Part shown: in pieces, positions 1 to 10,900 of the stretch
How the letters are laid out: each line of letters opens with the position of its first letter
Position numbering within the stretch: position 1 is the first letter of the stretch
Assembly: GCA_016926555.1 (NCBI GenBank)
Contig: JAFGOI010000004.1
Coordinates: 168,996-232,995 of the forward strand
Source of the DNA: Patescibacteria group bacterium
GTDB lineage: Bacteria > Patescibacteriota > WWE3 > UBA101185 > UBA10185
Length of the DNA stretch: 64,000 nt
Reading direction: 5' to 3'
The notes under the pieces: model-generated
Database searches by the model: none
What the model was told of the DNA's origin: nothing
The model's input: the letters and a program-made list of their open reading frames with translations, nothing else
Translations under genes and position numbers: made by a program

Positions 1-120
1 ATAAATTCCAAAATTTGTTTTTGTTTTTTATATAAAGTTACTGGACTCATATTATAAGCATAGCGAACAATACCCGAATATGTCAAGAATTTTTCCCGAA
101 GATTTGATAAACTTAAACCT

Positions 121-2196
121 ATGTTCAAACTTTACGCCCCCTTCGAACCAACCGGGGACCAACCAAGAGCAATAGATAGAATATCTGAGAACATCGCTAA
201 AGGTATTTCTGATCAAGTGTTGCTAGGTGTAACCGGGAGCGGAAAAACGTATGTAATGGCTAAAGTAATTGAAAAAACCCAAAAACCCGCATTAGTTATT
301 TCTCATAATAAAACTTTAGCTGCGCAGTTGTATCAGGAGTTTAGGGAATTTTTCCCTGAAAACGCGGTTGAGTACTTTGTTAGTTATTATGACTACTATC
401 AGCCTGAAAGCTATATTCCCTCAACTGATACGTACATAGAAAAAGATGCAGATATTAACGAAAGAATTGATAAGCTACGATTATCTGCAACAACCTCATT
501 GATGACAAGAAAGGATGTGATTGTTGTTGCCTCGGTTTCTTGTATTTACAATCTCGGTTCTCCGGTTGAATATTCTAAGTTTGCTATTGAACTTAGGAAG
601 GGAATGAGAATAAGAAAAACGGATTTACTAAAAAGACTATCTCAACTTCAGTATGATAGAAACGAGTTTGAGTTTTCGAGAGGTACTTACAGAGTTACAG
701 GAGATACTATAGATGTATTTCCGGCGTATTTAGATTATGCTTTAAGATTGGAAATACTTAGTGACAGTTTGATTGAAGCATATCCTTTTGATCCACTAAC
801 CGGGGAAGAAATAAGGTTCGACTTTCTCCCGAGTATTAGACAGGGGAGCTCTTCAAGAGCAAATACACAAGATTCAGATGATTACACTAGTCATGCGCTC
901 ACTTCCGGAAATTTGATAATGATTTATCCGGCGAAACACTACATCGCGGCGGAGGATAGGCGCGAGTCAGCGCTAAAACAAATTGAGAATGATCTAGAAG
1001 AGAGGTTGAAAGTTCTAAAATCTGCAGGAAAAGAAATTGAGGCGTATAGACTTAAACAAAGAACCGAATACGATATGGAAATGCTTAGAGAAATCGGATA
1101 CTGCAAAGGGATAGAGAATTATTCGAGATATTTTGACGGCAGAAATTCTGGACAAACCCCTTATTCTCTCATGGACTTTTTTCCGAAAGATTATGTATTA
1201 ATTGTAGATGAGTCTCATATTACGCTTCCTCAAGTTCGTGGTATGTACAATGGGGATTATGCCCGTAAAACTACGTTGATAGATTATGGGTTTAGACTTC
1301 CTTCGGCGCTGGATAACAGGCCACTTAATTTTGATGAGTTTTTGGGTAAAGTAAAACAGGGAGTATATGTAAGCGCTACTCCCGGGGATTGGGAGATAGA
1401 AAGGTCCAAAAGTAATATTGTTGAACTTCTAATAAGACCTACAGGGATAGTTGATCCCGAAGTTGTTATCCGGCCAACAAAGGGACAAATTCAAGATTTA
1501 TCCGACAGGATAACCGAAAGAGTTGGGAGGGGAGAAAGGGTGCTGGTTACGACATTGACAAAGAGAATGGCAGAAGAACTTGCAGGATTCTTATTAGAAA
1601 AGGGAATAAAAGTGACATATCTCCATTCTGATATAGATACGCTAGAAAGAACTGATATTTTGGATAATCTTAGAAAAGGCACATATGATGTTTTAGTGGG
1701 TATAAATCTATTGAGGGAGGGTCTGGATCTCCCCGAAGTTTCTTTGGTAGCAATACTGGATGCAGACAAAGAGGGATTTTTAAGATCAGATAGATCTCTG
1801 ATCCAGACGATGGGTAGGGCCGCGAGACACATATTGGGACAGGTGGTAATGTACGCCGATAATGTGACCGGGAGTATGGAAAGGGCTATAGAAGAGGTAA
1901 GCAGACGGCGAGAAATCCAGATAAAGTACAATGAGAAGTTTGGAATAACACCTCAGCAGATAGTAAAGCCTATAAGAGAGAAACTTATTAATGAAGAATT
2001 GGAGGAGAGCATTTCTAAAGACAAAAAGAAACGTGTTGAAGAAGTTGATTATTCTCAACTTCCGCCAGATGAAGTAGAAAAGGAGGTTACCGATCTGGAG
2101 AAAATGATGAAGTATGAAGCTGAAGTTCTAAACTTTGAGGAGGCGGCAAGACTAAGGGATAAAATTAGAGATATAAGAAAGAAGTATTTGAGTTAA
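121..2196 (+). CDS. uvrB: Excinuclease ABC subunit B (UvrB)
   Basis: 691 aa. Walker A 'GVTGSGKT', UvrB helicase motifs, and a C-terminal UVR motif '[15 protein letters not shown]'. Full-length ORF ends in TAA. Confidence 0.95.
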   Translation: MFKLYAPFEPTGDQPRAIDRISENIAKGISDQVLLGVTGSGKTYVMAKVIEKTQKPALVISHNKTLAAQLYQEFREFFPENAVEYFVSYYDYYQPESYIPSTDTYIEKDADINERIDKLRLSATTSLMTRKDVIVVASVSCIYNLGSPVEYSKFAIELRKGMRIRKTDLLKRLSQLQYDRNEFEFSRGTYRVTGDTIDVFPAYLDYALRLEILSDSLIEAYPFDPLTGEEIRFDFLPSIRQGSSSRANTQDSDDYTSHALTSGNLIMIYPAKHYIAAEDRRESALKQIENDLEERLKVLKSAGKEIEAYRLKQRTEYDMEMLREIGYCKGIENYSRYFDGRNSGQTPYSLMDFFPKDYVLIVDESHITLPQVRGMYNGDYARKTTLIDYGFRLPSALDNRPLNFDEFLGKVKQGVYVSATPGDWEIERSKSNIVELLIRPTGIVDPEVVIRPTKGQIQDLSDRITERVGRGERVLVTTLTKRMAEELAGFLLEKGIKVTYLHSDIDTLERTDILDNLRKGTYDVLVGINLLREGLDLPEVSLVAILDADKEGFLRSDRSLIQTMGRAARHILGQVVMYADNVTGSMERAIEEVSRRREIQIKYNEKFGITPQQIVKPIREKLINEELEESISKDKKKRVEEVDYSQLPPDEVEKEVTDLEKMMKYEAEVLNFEEAARLRDKIRDIRKKYLS

Positions 2197-2203
2197 TTCT
2201 CTA

Positions 2204-4456
2204 TTGTTAAATTTTTTCACTCCTGATACATTCAAACTAGAAGCACTAATAATTCCTGCTACGATATTAATGAAAGAGTACGTTGTATTTATTGCGGATA
2301 TAATAAAAACTGTCGGCTATTTTGTTATATGGCCCATAGATCGTTTTGCCGCTTTTATCACTAATTTAAAAAATAAGTGGAAGAAAAAAGGAAGTAAGGA
2401 AAAACGTAAAGTCTCCAAGAAGAAACCATTTGTAAATACTAAAAAAAGAAAGTCCAGAAACAGACGGAGGGTACAAAAGGCAAAGAGACATAAAATAGTG
2501 TTTCACCCCGGCAGTTTTTTTATGGGTGGACTTATAGTTATAGTGTTCGGATTTGTGCCATACGAGTTTTACAAGTGGTTAAGACAGCTGCCTAATCCCA
2601 GCAATCTGATTGCGGAGAGTATTGGGAATAAATCAACCAAGATTTTGGATAAAGACGGGAGACTTCTTTATGAAATATATGTTGATAAGAAATTCGCCCC
2701 CGTTAAGTTATCTCAAATACCGGAGTCTGTTGTGAGAGCTACTATCGCGGTAGAAGACGATAATTTCTACAAACATAATGGTATAAGATTGGGCAGTATT
2801 GTCAGGGCGGGATTAAAAACTTTTTTTGAGGGCGAAGTGCAGGGCGGTTCAACAATTACACAGCAGTTGATTAAGAATGTTTTGCTGTCACCGGAGCAGA
2901 CTATATCCCGAAAACTAAAGGAAGCAATTCTTTCCATTATTGTCGAAACAAAGTATTCAAAGGATCAAATCTTAGAAATGTATCTGAATAATATTCCGTA
3001 CGGAGGTACTTCCTGGGGAGTTCAGTCTGCCTCTCAGAAATTCTTCGGTAAAAATGTGTGGGAGCTTAATTTGTCAGAGTCGAGTTTATTAGCCGGGTTG
3101 CCCTCGTCACCTTCTAGATACTCCCCGTTGTCTGATTTGGATTTGGCAAAGGAGAGGCAGAAATATGTTTTGAATAGGATGATTGATCTTCACTATATTA
3201 CGCAGGAACAGGCCGATGAGGCTTATGCTGAAGAGCTAGTATTTGCCGAACAGACTGATTATATACAGGCTCCGCATTTTGTTGACTACGTGAGAAGAGA
3301 ACTAGAGGAAAAGTATGGAAGAAGAATGGTGGATTTCGGCGGATTAACAGTGATTACGACACTTGATCTGAGCCTGCACAGGGAGGTACAGAATACTGTT
3401 ACTGACGGGGTAATCGAGAGCGCAAAGTACAGTATAACCAACGGCGCGGCAATTGTTCTAGATACGGAAACTGCGGGGATTTTAGCCTATGTTGGTTCTG
3501 TAGATTATTTTACGGAAGACTGGGGTGCGTATGATGTTATTACGGCTTACAGGCAGCCTGGTTCATCAATCAAACCGCTAACCTACGCGTTGGCGCTATC
3601 AAGTAACTACACTGCAGCGTCTGTACTGAAAGACGCGCCGGTTACGTATAAGATTGAAGGCCAGCCGGATTACAAGCCGGTTAACTATGATGGCAAGTAT
3701 CATGGGGATGTTACCTTGCGGGCCGCTTTAGCCAATTCGTACAATATACCCGCCGTCAGACTTTCAAAAGCGCTGGGCCCGGATAATATCATCTCTTTAG
3801 GCAGAAGCATGGGGCTGTCTAATTGGGAAGTGGACGGTTCGTATGGACTGTCAGTCACGCTTGGTGGGAAAGAAGTGCGGTTATTAGATTTAGCAAATTT
3901 ATACGCGACACTTGGGAGGAAAGGTGTGTATAAAAAAGTTTCCCCGTTTATATCGATAAAAGATAGCAAAGGGTATGAAATATATTGGGATACTAGGGTC
4001 GAAACCCGTCCCGTTTCGGAGGGGGTTGCATATATTTTGTGGAGTATATTATCCGATAATACAGCCAGAACACCCGCGTTTGGTCCGCGCAGTTCTTTGT
4101 ATATTCCAAATTATAAGGTGGCTGTGAAAACGGGTACTACGGATGAAAAGAGGGATAACTGGACACTTGGATTTACTCCCTCGTATACAGTAGGTGTGTG
4201 GGTTGGCAATAATAATAACGATCCTATGAACAGATACTTGGCTTCAGGTTTGAGCGGCGCGGCACCTATTTGGAATGAAATCATTCAGAAAGTTTTGGAG
4301 GGAAAACCAGATGAGAAGCTCAGTATGCCTGAGAATGTATTTATGAAAGTGGACGAATCCTGCAAGCCGGAAAGATCTGAGTTATTTATAAAGGGGTCTG
4401 ATATACCGAGGCATTTGTGTGTGACACAGAGGGATAAAGATGAGAGTGCGGATTAG
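2204..4456 (+). CDS. Class A penicillin-binding protein (bifunctional transglycosylase/transpeptidase, PBP1A-like)
   Basis: GT51 motifs 'RATIAVEDDNFYKHNG' and 'GGSTITQQL'. Transpeptidase motifs SxxK ('GSSIKP') and 'KTGTT'. Single TM segment after an unusually Lys/Arg-rich N-terminal tail. The true start may be an internal Met around 2270. Confidence 0.9.
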   Translation: MLNFFTPDTFKLEALIIPATILMKEYVVFIADIIKTVGYFVIWPIDRFAAFITNLKNKWKKKGSKEKRKVSKKKPFVNTKKRKSRNRRRVQKAKRHKIVFHPGSFFMGGLIVIVFGFVPYEFYKWLRQLPNPSNLIAESIGNKSTKILDKDGRLLYEIYVDKKFAPVKLSQIPESVVRATIAVEDDNFYKHNGIRLGSIVRAGLKTFFEGEVQGGSTITQQLIKNVLLSPEQTISRKLKEAILSIIVETKYSKDQILEMYLNNIPYGGTSWGVQSASQKFFGKNVWELNLSESSLLAGLPSSPSRYSPLSDLDLAKERQKYVLNRMIDLHYITQEQADEAYAEELVFAEQTDYIQAPHFVDYVRRELEEKYGRRMVDFGGLTVITTLDLSLHREVQNTVTDGVIESAKYSITNGAAIVLDTETAGILAYVGSVDYFTEDWGAYDVITAYRQPGSSIKPLTYALALSSNYTAASVLKDAPVTYKIEGQPDYKPVNYDGKYHGDVTLRAALANSYNIPAVRLSKALGPDNIISLGRSMGLSNWEVDGSYGLSVTLGGKEVRLLDLANLYATLGRKGVYKKVSPFISIKDSKGYEIYWDTRVETRPVSEGVAYILWSILSDNTARTPAFGPRSSLYIPNYKVAVKTGTTDEKRDNWTLGFTPSYTVGVWVGNNNNDPMNRYLASGLSGAAPIWNEIIQKVLEGKPDEKLSMPENVFMKVDESCKPERSELFIKGSDIPRHLCVTQRDKDESAD

Positions 4457-4469
4457 GTTCATGTGCACT

Positions 4470-5174
4470 TTAGTTGGAGTTTTGTTCGCTTTCCTCCTTG
4501 GAGGACTCGTCCTCTCTTATTTCGTTTCTCTCCGTTTCCTCCAAACATTTTCTCATAAATGATATTTTTACGTGATTAAACCCTCTTTCTGTATAATGCA
4601 CTCCTTTAGCTAACCACGAGTTGAAGTTGTCTGCGGCTTGTATGCTTAAGTAATGAAGTTCAAATATTCTTGCACCGCGTTCTATCCTGGATCGGAGGTA
4701 GTGTGTCGAATCCGCTATTGTCTGTACTTTGTCATCTAGTACCACATGCGGCCATTTTTCTGCTTGTCGAAGATGATAACATTCATGTCCCGTTGCTGCA
4801 GCTAGTCTATACTGGTGATAATAATATTGATATGGATTCTTTTCCCTATTCTCAGCGGCTTCTAAAAAAGCGGAGATAAAACTTTCCTTAATTGCTAAAT
4901 AAGGATCACGCCATTGACCCGATTCCTCTTCAACACCATAACGTACGGTCATAATGCTTGTTCCGGCAAGATTTTCCTTGATTTCCATACCGGGGTATGG
5001 AATATCTAAAATTTGTTCTAAATTGCATTGGTGCTTTGCTATTTCCTCGATGAAATTTAATTTAACTTCTTCGGAATAGTTTGGGAATCTTTCGTCAAGT
5101 TTAAGATCTTCTGCAATCCTTGCTTTTGTCTCTTCTAAATGAACTTCTTTGGGTGGAGGGGCTTCATAGTTCAT
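4470..5174 (-). CDS. Hypothetical zincin-like protein with HExxH..Q motif (DUF4157-like)
   Basis: 234 aa with no signal peptide. Motif 'ATGHECYHLRQAEKWP'. Clear paralog of the adjacent ORF ('FISAFLEAAE' vs 'WVASFLLAAE'). Confidence 0.45.
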   Translation of the reverse strand: MNYEAPPPKEVHLEETKARIAEDLKLDERFPNYSEEVKLNFIEEIAKHQCNLEQILDIPYPGMEIKENLAGTSIMTVRYGVEEESGQWRDPYLAIKESFISAFLEAAENREKNPYQYYYHQYRLAAATGHECYHLRQAEKWPHVVLDDKVQTIADSTHYLRSRIERGARIFELHYLSIQAADNFNSWLAKGVHYTERGFNHVKISFMRKCLEETERNEIREDESSKEESEQNSN

Positions 5175-5248
5175 ACTAACAATAATAGTACCAAATAAAG
5201 TATGTGTGAGTGGGGATTGAAGCTACTTGTATGTTAAGTATTGTCCTG

Positions 5249-6031
5249 TTAGCTTTCTTCCTCAGGTGACTTGTCCTCCAGGAGAGATTGAACTTTTTCT
5301 TTAATACCAAGAGCAAACATTATCTGCGGTTCGAGTTCTTCGATACATTTTGCCACGAGCGCTCTTTTTCTGTTGCGAAGTTCAAGTCCAACTAAACCTG
5401 CTTTTATGCCGTACCTTTCAAATATATCTTCAGCTTCTTGGGTTTCTAGGTAATAATGTGCAAAGATATTTGCAGATTTTTCTAGGCGTGAATCTGCGTA
5501 CTGTCTATAATCTCCCTCTTTTCTTGTTTGCTCGTATCTAGCGTAAGTATTAGGATACTTTTCGGGATATTTTTCATGTTGCTTTTTGTGAAAAAATTCA
5601 TGAGCTAAACTTTCAGTAAATCTTGCTTTCTCATAATTATACGAAAACGGAGTCAAGCTGGGATGCTCTGCTGCAAGCAGAAATGAAGCGACCCATGACC
5701 GGGATAGAGTAACAAACTCTCCCTTCTGGGTTTCTCCTGTTCTCGGAAATTGCGCTTCTCCATCATACAAATCCATGCCCCTATACTTTTGGCCCCCGAA
5801 ACGTTCTACACAATCCGGTATTCTGTCCCAAATCAAGTAAAAATCGGGAGGTTTCTCTATTTCTAATACGTCCTGTAACCTGCAATGATGTTCTGCAAGA
5901 TGGGAAACCAACCTTTCTTTTGCTTCTTTATTGATTCACGGGAATTCCTCGTCTAGAAATAATCTACTTCGGACCAGCTCTTTAGCTTCTTCGAACCTCT
6001 CTGCTTCGGGTGCTTGGGATTCATACTTCAT
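5249..6031 (-). pseudogene. Paralogous zincin-like HExxH protein ('LAHEFFHKKQHEKYP') interrupted by an in-frame TGA, or a split gene
   Basis: The ORF 5249..5911 (TTG start) continues in the same frame upstream to an ATG at 6029-6031. That upstream segment reads 'MKYESQAPEAERFEEAKELVRSRLFLDEEFP*' and aligns with the N-terminus of the 4470..5174 paralog ('MNYEAPPPKEVHLEETKARIAEDLKLDERFPNY'). The in-frame TGA at 5936-5938 sits exactly where the paralog has Asn. Confidence 0.4.
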
Positions 6032-6098
6032 ATGGTTATTATACTAACTTAATAACTAATCTTCACAAACCCGAACAAATACCGTATACTTTATCTCT

Positions 6099-9080
6099 AT
6101 GGACTCAAAACCCGATTACATCAAAATACGGGGTGCTCGTCAGCATAACTTAAAGAATATAGATGTAGATATTCCAAAAAATAAAATGATAGTGTTTACG
6201 GGTGTATCAGGGTCTGGTAAGTCATCTTTAGCGATGGACACTATATATGCTGAAGGCCAAAGAAGATATGTTGAAAGTTTGTCCGCGTATGCCCGTCAAT
6301 TCCTTGGTGTTATGGACAAGCCCGATGTTGATAAAATAGATGGCTTATCTCCCGCTATTGCTATAGATCAGAAAACCACATCAAAAAATCCCAGGTCAAC
6401 CGTAGGTACAGTAACAGAAATATATGATTTTCTGCGGCTGCTATTTGCCCGAGTAGGGCATCCGCACTGCCCGGAATGCGGTAGAGAAATTCAAAGGCAA
6501 AGTGCTGCGGAAATAGTACAAAGTATCTTAAAACTGGTGCAAGAACAAAAGGAGTTCACAACCGAGAGGGGCGTGAGGTTTCTAATTCTGTCTCCAATAA
6601 TTAGGGACAGAAAGGGAGAATATTCTTCGTTGTTTGAAAACTTGGTGAAACAGGGGATTTTAAAAGCCAGAATTGATGGAAAAATAAGGGATATACGCGA
6701 GAAGTTTAATCTCATTAAAACTAATAAACATACTATTGAAGGTCTAATTTCTCGCCATATATATAGCAGGAATAAAGGCGGGGATGTGAGCTATAAAAAG
6801 GATTTTGAGTCGTCACTTTTTCAGTCGGTTGAAACGTCTCTTAGATTATCGAGTGGCAATGTCGTTGTTACAATAGTAACGGATGCCTCTTTTGAGTTTG
6901 ATGATGCCCCGAAAAATACTGAAGACTTTCTGTTTTCGGAAAATTTTGCTTGCCCGGTTTGTAATATTTCACTTTCGGATATTGAGCCTAGAAGCTTTTC
7001 TTTCAATTCTCCCCATGGCGCGTGCCCAACTTGTGACGGACTTGGCACACAAATGCGTATAGACGAGGAAATGTTGGTGAGTCCAACTTTATCAATAATG
7101 GAAGGGGGGATTCTTCCATGGTCGAACTTGTTTGATCATAATACTTGGACGCAGAATGTGATTAGAGCCGTTGCGGAAGATTATGATATTGATCTATCAG
7201 TTCCTATTGGAAAAATGAAACGTGAGAATCTTGAAAAGTTTTTATATGGAGTTCCAGATAGGCGTTTCAAAGTAACATATACTTCGAGAGAAGGTGACAA
7301 AAACACCTATAACGCCAGATTTGAGGGAGTAATTCCCAATATGGCAAGACGTTATAAAGAAACCAAATCTGACTATATAAGAAATGAGATCGAAAAATAT
7401 ATGGTACTCGAACCGTGTCCTGTATGTGAGGGGTCCAGGTTGAAAAAAGAATCCCTATCTATTGTTGTAGCCGGACTAAATATCTCGGAAACCACTGCAA
7501 TGTCTATATTATCAGCCAAAGATTGGGTGTCTAATCTGCCTGGAGTTTTTACAGAAAGGGAGAATCAAATTGCTGAGGTGATTTTGAAAGAAATTAATTA
7601 TAGAATTAGGTTTTTGGTTGATGTGGGTTTGGGATATTTAACGTTAAATCGGGCTTCTGCTCATTTGTCCGGGGGAGAAGCTCAGAGAATAAGACTGGCC
7701 TCCCAGATAGGTACCGGGTTATCAGGAGTATTGTATGTGCTTGATGAGCCTTCAATTGGGTTACACCAAAAGGATCAATCTAAGTTAATAAGCACACTCC
7801 ATCATTTGAGAGACCTTGGGAATACGGTTATTGTTGTTGAGCACGATGAAGAAACTATGCTTGAGAGCGACTATATTTTGGATTTTGGCCCAGGTGCCGG
7901 TTATCACGGCGGAAAAATAATTGCCAAAGGAACTCCGGAGGAAATAAAAGGAAATGAGGAATCATTAACAGGAAGATATTTGGCAAAGAAACTAAAAGTG
8001 GGTAGAAATGGTCACATTGAAAGGAAGAGATTCGAGGAGTTATTGGAAGATGAAAGAAACGGAAAAGTTCAAGAGAAGGTTAACGGAAGATTTCTGTCGT
8101 TAAAAAAAGCCTCAGGTAGGAATCTGAAGAAGATAAATTTGGATATACCTCTTGGAAAAATAGTATGTATTACCGGTGTGTCTGGGTCAGGTAAATCCAC
8201 CTTAATAATGGATACGCTCTATAAGGAACTAAGACATCATTTCGGACTTAAACTTGTTGAGAAACCAGAGGATAACGAAGGTTTAGCAGGAACAGAGTAT
8301 ATTGATAAAGTAATCGCGATTGATCAAAGTCCTATTGGAAGAACACCTAAATCTAATCCGGCAACTTATACAAAGACCTTTGATCATATTCGGCAGCTAT
8401 TTTCAAAGACTCAAGAAGCAAGAATACGCGGATATAGGCCGGGCAGGTTCAGCTTCAATGTAAAAGGCGGAAGATGTGAGGCGTGCGGGGGTGAAGGGCA
8501 GATTAAAATTGAAATGCAGTTTATGCCGGATGTATATGTAAATTGTGAAGTTTGTGATGGGAAAAGATACAATCGGGAGGCTCTGGAAGTCGAGTATAAA
8601 GGTAAGAATATTGCAGATGTCTTAGACATGACTGTTGAAGAAGCACTTAGATTTTTTGATCCTATTCCCCAAATCAGGAGGAAACTTCAGACCCTTTTTG
8701 ATGTGGGATTAGGTTATATACACCTTGGCCAGCCGGCTCCTACCTTATCAGGAGGGGAGGCGCAGAGGATAAAGTTGGCATCTGAATTGTCAAAAAAATC
8801 TACGGGTAGCACACTTTATATTTTAGATGAACCCACAACCGGGTTGCACTTTGCCGATCTGGAAAATCTAATTAGTATCTTTAAAAGGTTAACTGTTAGG
8901 GGCAATACAGTGGTTGTAATAGAACACAACTTAGATATAATCAAAAATTCGGATTGGGTGGTCGACTTAGGACCTGAAGGAGGGGATGCAGGTGGTGAGG
9001 TTGTGTTCGCAGGACCGCTGGAAGAACTTCGTGAACACCCAACATCATACACATCGCAGGCTTTAAATAATTACAAATAG
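6099..9080 (+). CDS. uvrA: Excinuclease ABC subunit A (UvrA)
   Basis: 993 aa. Two ABC ATPase modules ('GVSGSGKSSLA', 'GVSGSGKSTL'), LSGGE signatures and zinc-finger CxxC pairs. Confidence 0.95.
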   Translation: MDSKPDYIKIRGARQHNLKNIDVDIPKNKMIVFTGVSGSGKSSLAMDTIYAEGQRRYVESLSAYARQFLGVMDKPDVDKIDGLSPAIAIDQKTTSKNPRSTVGTVTEIYDFLRLLFARVGHPHCPECGREIQRQSAAEIVQSILKLVQEQKEFTTERGVRFLILSPIIRDRKGEYSSLFENLVKQGILKARIDGKIRDIREKFNLIKTNKHTIEGLISRHIYSRNKGGDVSYKKDFESSLFQSVETSLRLSSGNVVVTIVTDASFEFDDAPKNTEDFLFSENFACPVCNISLSDIEPRSFSFNSPHGACPTCDGLGTQMRIDEEMLVSPTLSIMEGGILPWSNLFDHNTWTQNVIRAVAEDYDIDLSVPIGKMKRENLEKFLYGVPDRRFKVTYTSREGDKNTYNARFEGVIPNMARRYKETKSDYIRNEIEKYMVLEPCPVCEGSRLKKESLSIVVAGLNISETTAMSILSAKDWVSNLPGVFTERENQIAEVILKEINYRIRFLVDVGLGYLTLNRASAHLSGGEAQRIRLASQIGTGLSGVLYVLDEPSIGLHQKDQSKLISTLHHLRDLGNTVIVVEHDEETMLESDYILDFGPGAGYHGGKIIAKGTPEEIKGNEESLTGRYLAKKLKVGRNGHIERKRFEELLEDERNGKVQEKVNGRFLSLKKASGRNLKKINLDIPLGKIVCITGVSGSGKSTLIMDTLYKELRHHFGLKLVEKPEDNEGLAGTEYIDKVIAIDQSPIGRTPKSNPATYTKTFDHIRQLFSKTQEARIRGYRPGRFSFNVKGGRCEACGGEGQIKIEMQFMPDVYVNCEVCDGKRYNREALEVEYKGKNIADVLDMTVEEALRFFDPIPQIRRKLQTLFDVGLGYIHLGQPAPTLSGGEAQRIKLASELSKKSTGSTLYILDEPTTGLHFADLENLISIFKRLTVRGNTVVVIEHNLDIIKNSDWVVDLGPEGGDAGGEVVFAGPLEELREHPTSYTSQALNNYK

Positions 9081-9104
9081 TGTTGTGACTGGTACTACCG
9101 TATA

Positions 9105-10862
9105 TTAATCTATTACCATCAAACTCTTCTCAACGACTTCTCCGTTGAAGGTTTCATATCTCACCTTGCTTGATCCTTTGGGAAGGAATAGTGTCACCTC
9201 TTCATCTGGTGCGAGATTTTGGATTTTATTATTGATGTCGTATACAAAAACGTGACCTTCGTTTTTCAACTTGAATTTTTGGTTGCCTCTAAGGATTTGT
9301 AATATATTAAAATTCCTCTTTTTGATTAATATCAGTTTTTCTTCAAATGCTCTGGGGTCTTCTTCCTGTGCGAAATCGACGTCAACTAGGTTGCCTATAT
9401 CCGAAAATCTGTATGTTCCGGCTGGTAAAGGGTATTCCGATTCAGTTCCTCTGATTACAAAAGCAAAATGATTTGTATCCGTTTTGGTGAAATAGTCGAC
9501 TTTGGCGGTATTTCCCCAAGTTGGGTCGACTTGTATCCAGCCGTAAAATGGGTCATAGAACTCTGCCCATGCGTGAAGGTAATCTCCTCCCCTCAATTTT
9601 ATTGAAAGTGGTTTGTCCTCTGATAAATTTGAAAATGCGTGCCCGTTAATTTCCCGGGCAGGTATCCCCATAGATCTTGCTATGGTTATAAATAGATCCG
9701 AAAACTCCATGCAGGTCCATGGTTTCTTTTGCGTAGCGGCTTTTAGGGCTCCGTTTCTTTGTATATTGCCGTTTTCTACAGCCTCGTAGTTGTATTCAAG
9801 ATTATTTACTACGTAGTTGTAAGTTTCTTGGGCGTTTTGAATCACATTGTTGTCTTCGTTAATCAATGTCTTTGCTATTTTCTGTATCTCCGGAGAGTTG
9901 ACTTCCCAGTAAGGCTGTTCATTCGTATATGCTTTGATATATTTTTTCGGTATATTATCCATCTCTCCGCCGAATTCAGAATTGATCTGTCTGCCTGTAA
10001 TTCTCGCTTTACCTGTTACTGTGATTTCGAGTTTGCCCCTAGATTTTATCTTATATCTTGCCATTGCATTTCCATTGGAATCCAGGACAACGTTTTTTGG
10101 CGCGGGTGTAATGTTTTCGTACTTCACTTGCTGTATATGCGGGATATCCGGTGGGAGGGCTATTTCGTAAGTGCCCGGCAGGATAGAAGGATTCTCTATT
10201 TGATATGTCAACCTAAAATTCACAATTTGATATTTGCCGAAAGAAGCTGAAATTCCTTTGTCAATAAGCTGCTCTCTTGTTAAATAATAATTCGTTTTTC
10301 CGTTACTGTTTTCTTCTGTCACAGGCGATGGAGAGATGTACACTTTTGGACCGAATTGATTAGGTATTGATAGTTGCACGTTATAGAATGCTGTAGATTT
10401 AGTAAATTCGGTTTTTGGAATGTTAATGTTCCAAATTTCTCCTACTTTTGATGAAAGGTCTGTTGTTTTGTAAATCAATTCAATTTTATTTTGTCGTCCT
10501 TCTCCGATAACATAATTCGTTATATTCAGTTTGATCTTTGTTTCATTGTTTTCAGAAGTTTTCTCGGGTTCTATGGACTTGTTGTTTACGGTTGCAGATA
10601 TACCATATACTTCCATTTGTTTGAATGTTAGTGTGTAACTACTTGCGATTACATCGCTGACCAGATTTGTTACATTTATATTTTGGGTTACTACCGCTTC
10701 CCCGTTTTCTTGAAAGTCAAAATGAATTTTATACTCAGTTGAAAACTGCTCGGTTTTAGCGTATGCCTTTTGTGTCAAATGTGTCAAAGGAAATATGCAT
10801 AATAAGCCCAGAGTAGTCAGTAAACTGCCAATAGATTTGATTTTCATCAGTAACTTGGGCAC
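9105..10862 (-). CDS. Secreted transglutaminase-like cysteine protease domain protein
   Basis: N-terminal signal peptide/TM. C-terminal transglutaminase core 'WTCMEFSDLFITIARSMGIPAR...HAWAEFYDPFYGWIQVDPTWG' (Cys-His-Asp). Confidence 0.6.
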   Translation of the reverse strand: MPKLLMKIKSIGSLLTTLGLLCIFPLTHLTQKAYAKTEQFSTEYKIHFDFQENGEAVVTQNINVTNLVSDVIASSYTLTFKQMEVYGISATVNNKSIEPEKTSENNETKIKLNITNYVIGEGRQNKIELIYKTTDLSSKVGEIWNINIPKTEFTKSTAFYNVQLSIPNQFGPKVYISPSPVTEENSNGKTNYYLTREQLIDKGISASFGKYQIVNFRLTYQIENPSILPGTYEIALPPDIPHIQQVKYENITPAPKNVVLDSNGNAMARYKIKSRGKLEITVTGKARITGRQINSEFGGEMDNIPKKYIKAYTNEQPYWEVNSPEIQKIAKTLINEDNNVIQNAQETYNYVVNNLEYNYEAVENGNIQRNGALKAATQKKPWTCMEFSDLFITIARSMGIPAREINGHAFSNLSEDKPLSIKLRGGDYLHAWAEFYDPFYGWIQVDPTWGNTAKVDYFTKTDTNHFAFVIRGTESEYPLPAGTYRFSDIGNLVDVDFAQEEDPRAFEEKLILIKKRNFNILQILRGNQKFKLKNEGHVFVYDINNKIQNLAPDEEVTLFLPKGSSKVRYETFNGEVVEKSLMVID

Positions 10863-10900
10863 ACGATAATTTTACATTATTAATAGTACAATAACACTAA

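Noticed and set aside
1491-2058. Antisense ORFs inside uvrB (146 aa, 90 aa)
   Set aside because: They are entirely embedded in the opposite strand of a well-supported conserved gene and are low-complexity, so they are shadow ORFs. Similar antisense ORFs inside uvrA, nrdJ, ileS, polA, clpE, the Cys-rich gene and the DUF4157-like genes were rejected for the same reason.
5936-5938. Genome-wide TGA recoding (genetic code 25, as in Gracilibacteria/SR1) to explain the in-frame TGA
   Set aside because: TGA is used as a bona fide terminator for uvrC (12254-12256) and murA (14244-14246). All large conserved genes are full-length under the standard code, so any recoding would be local, not global.
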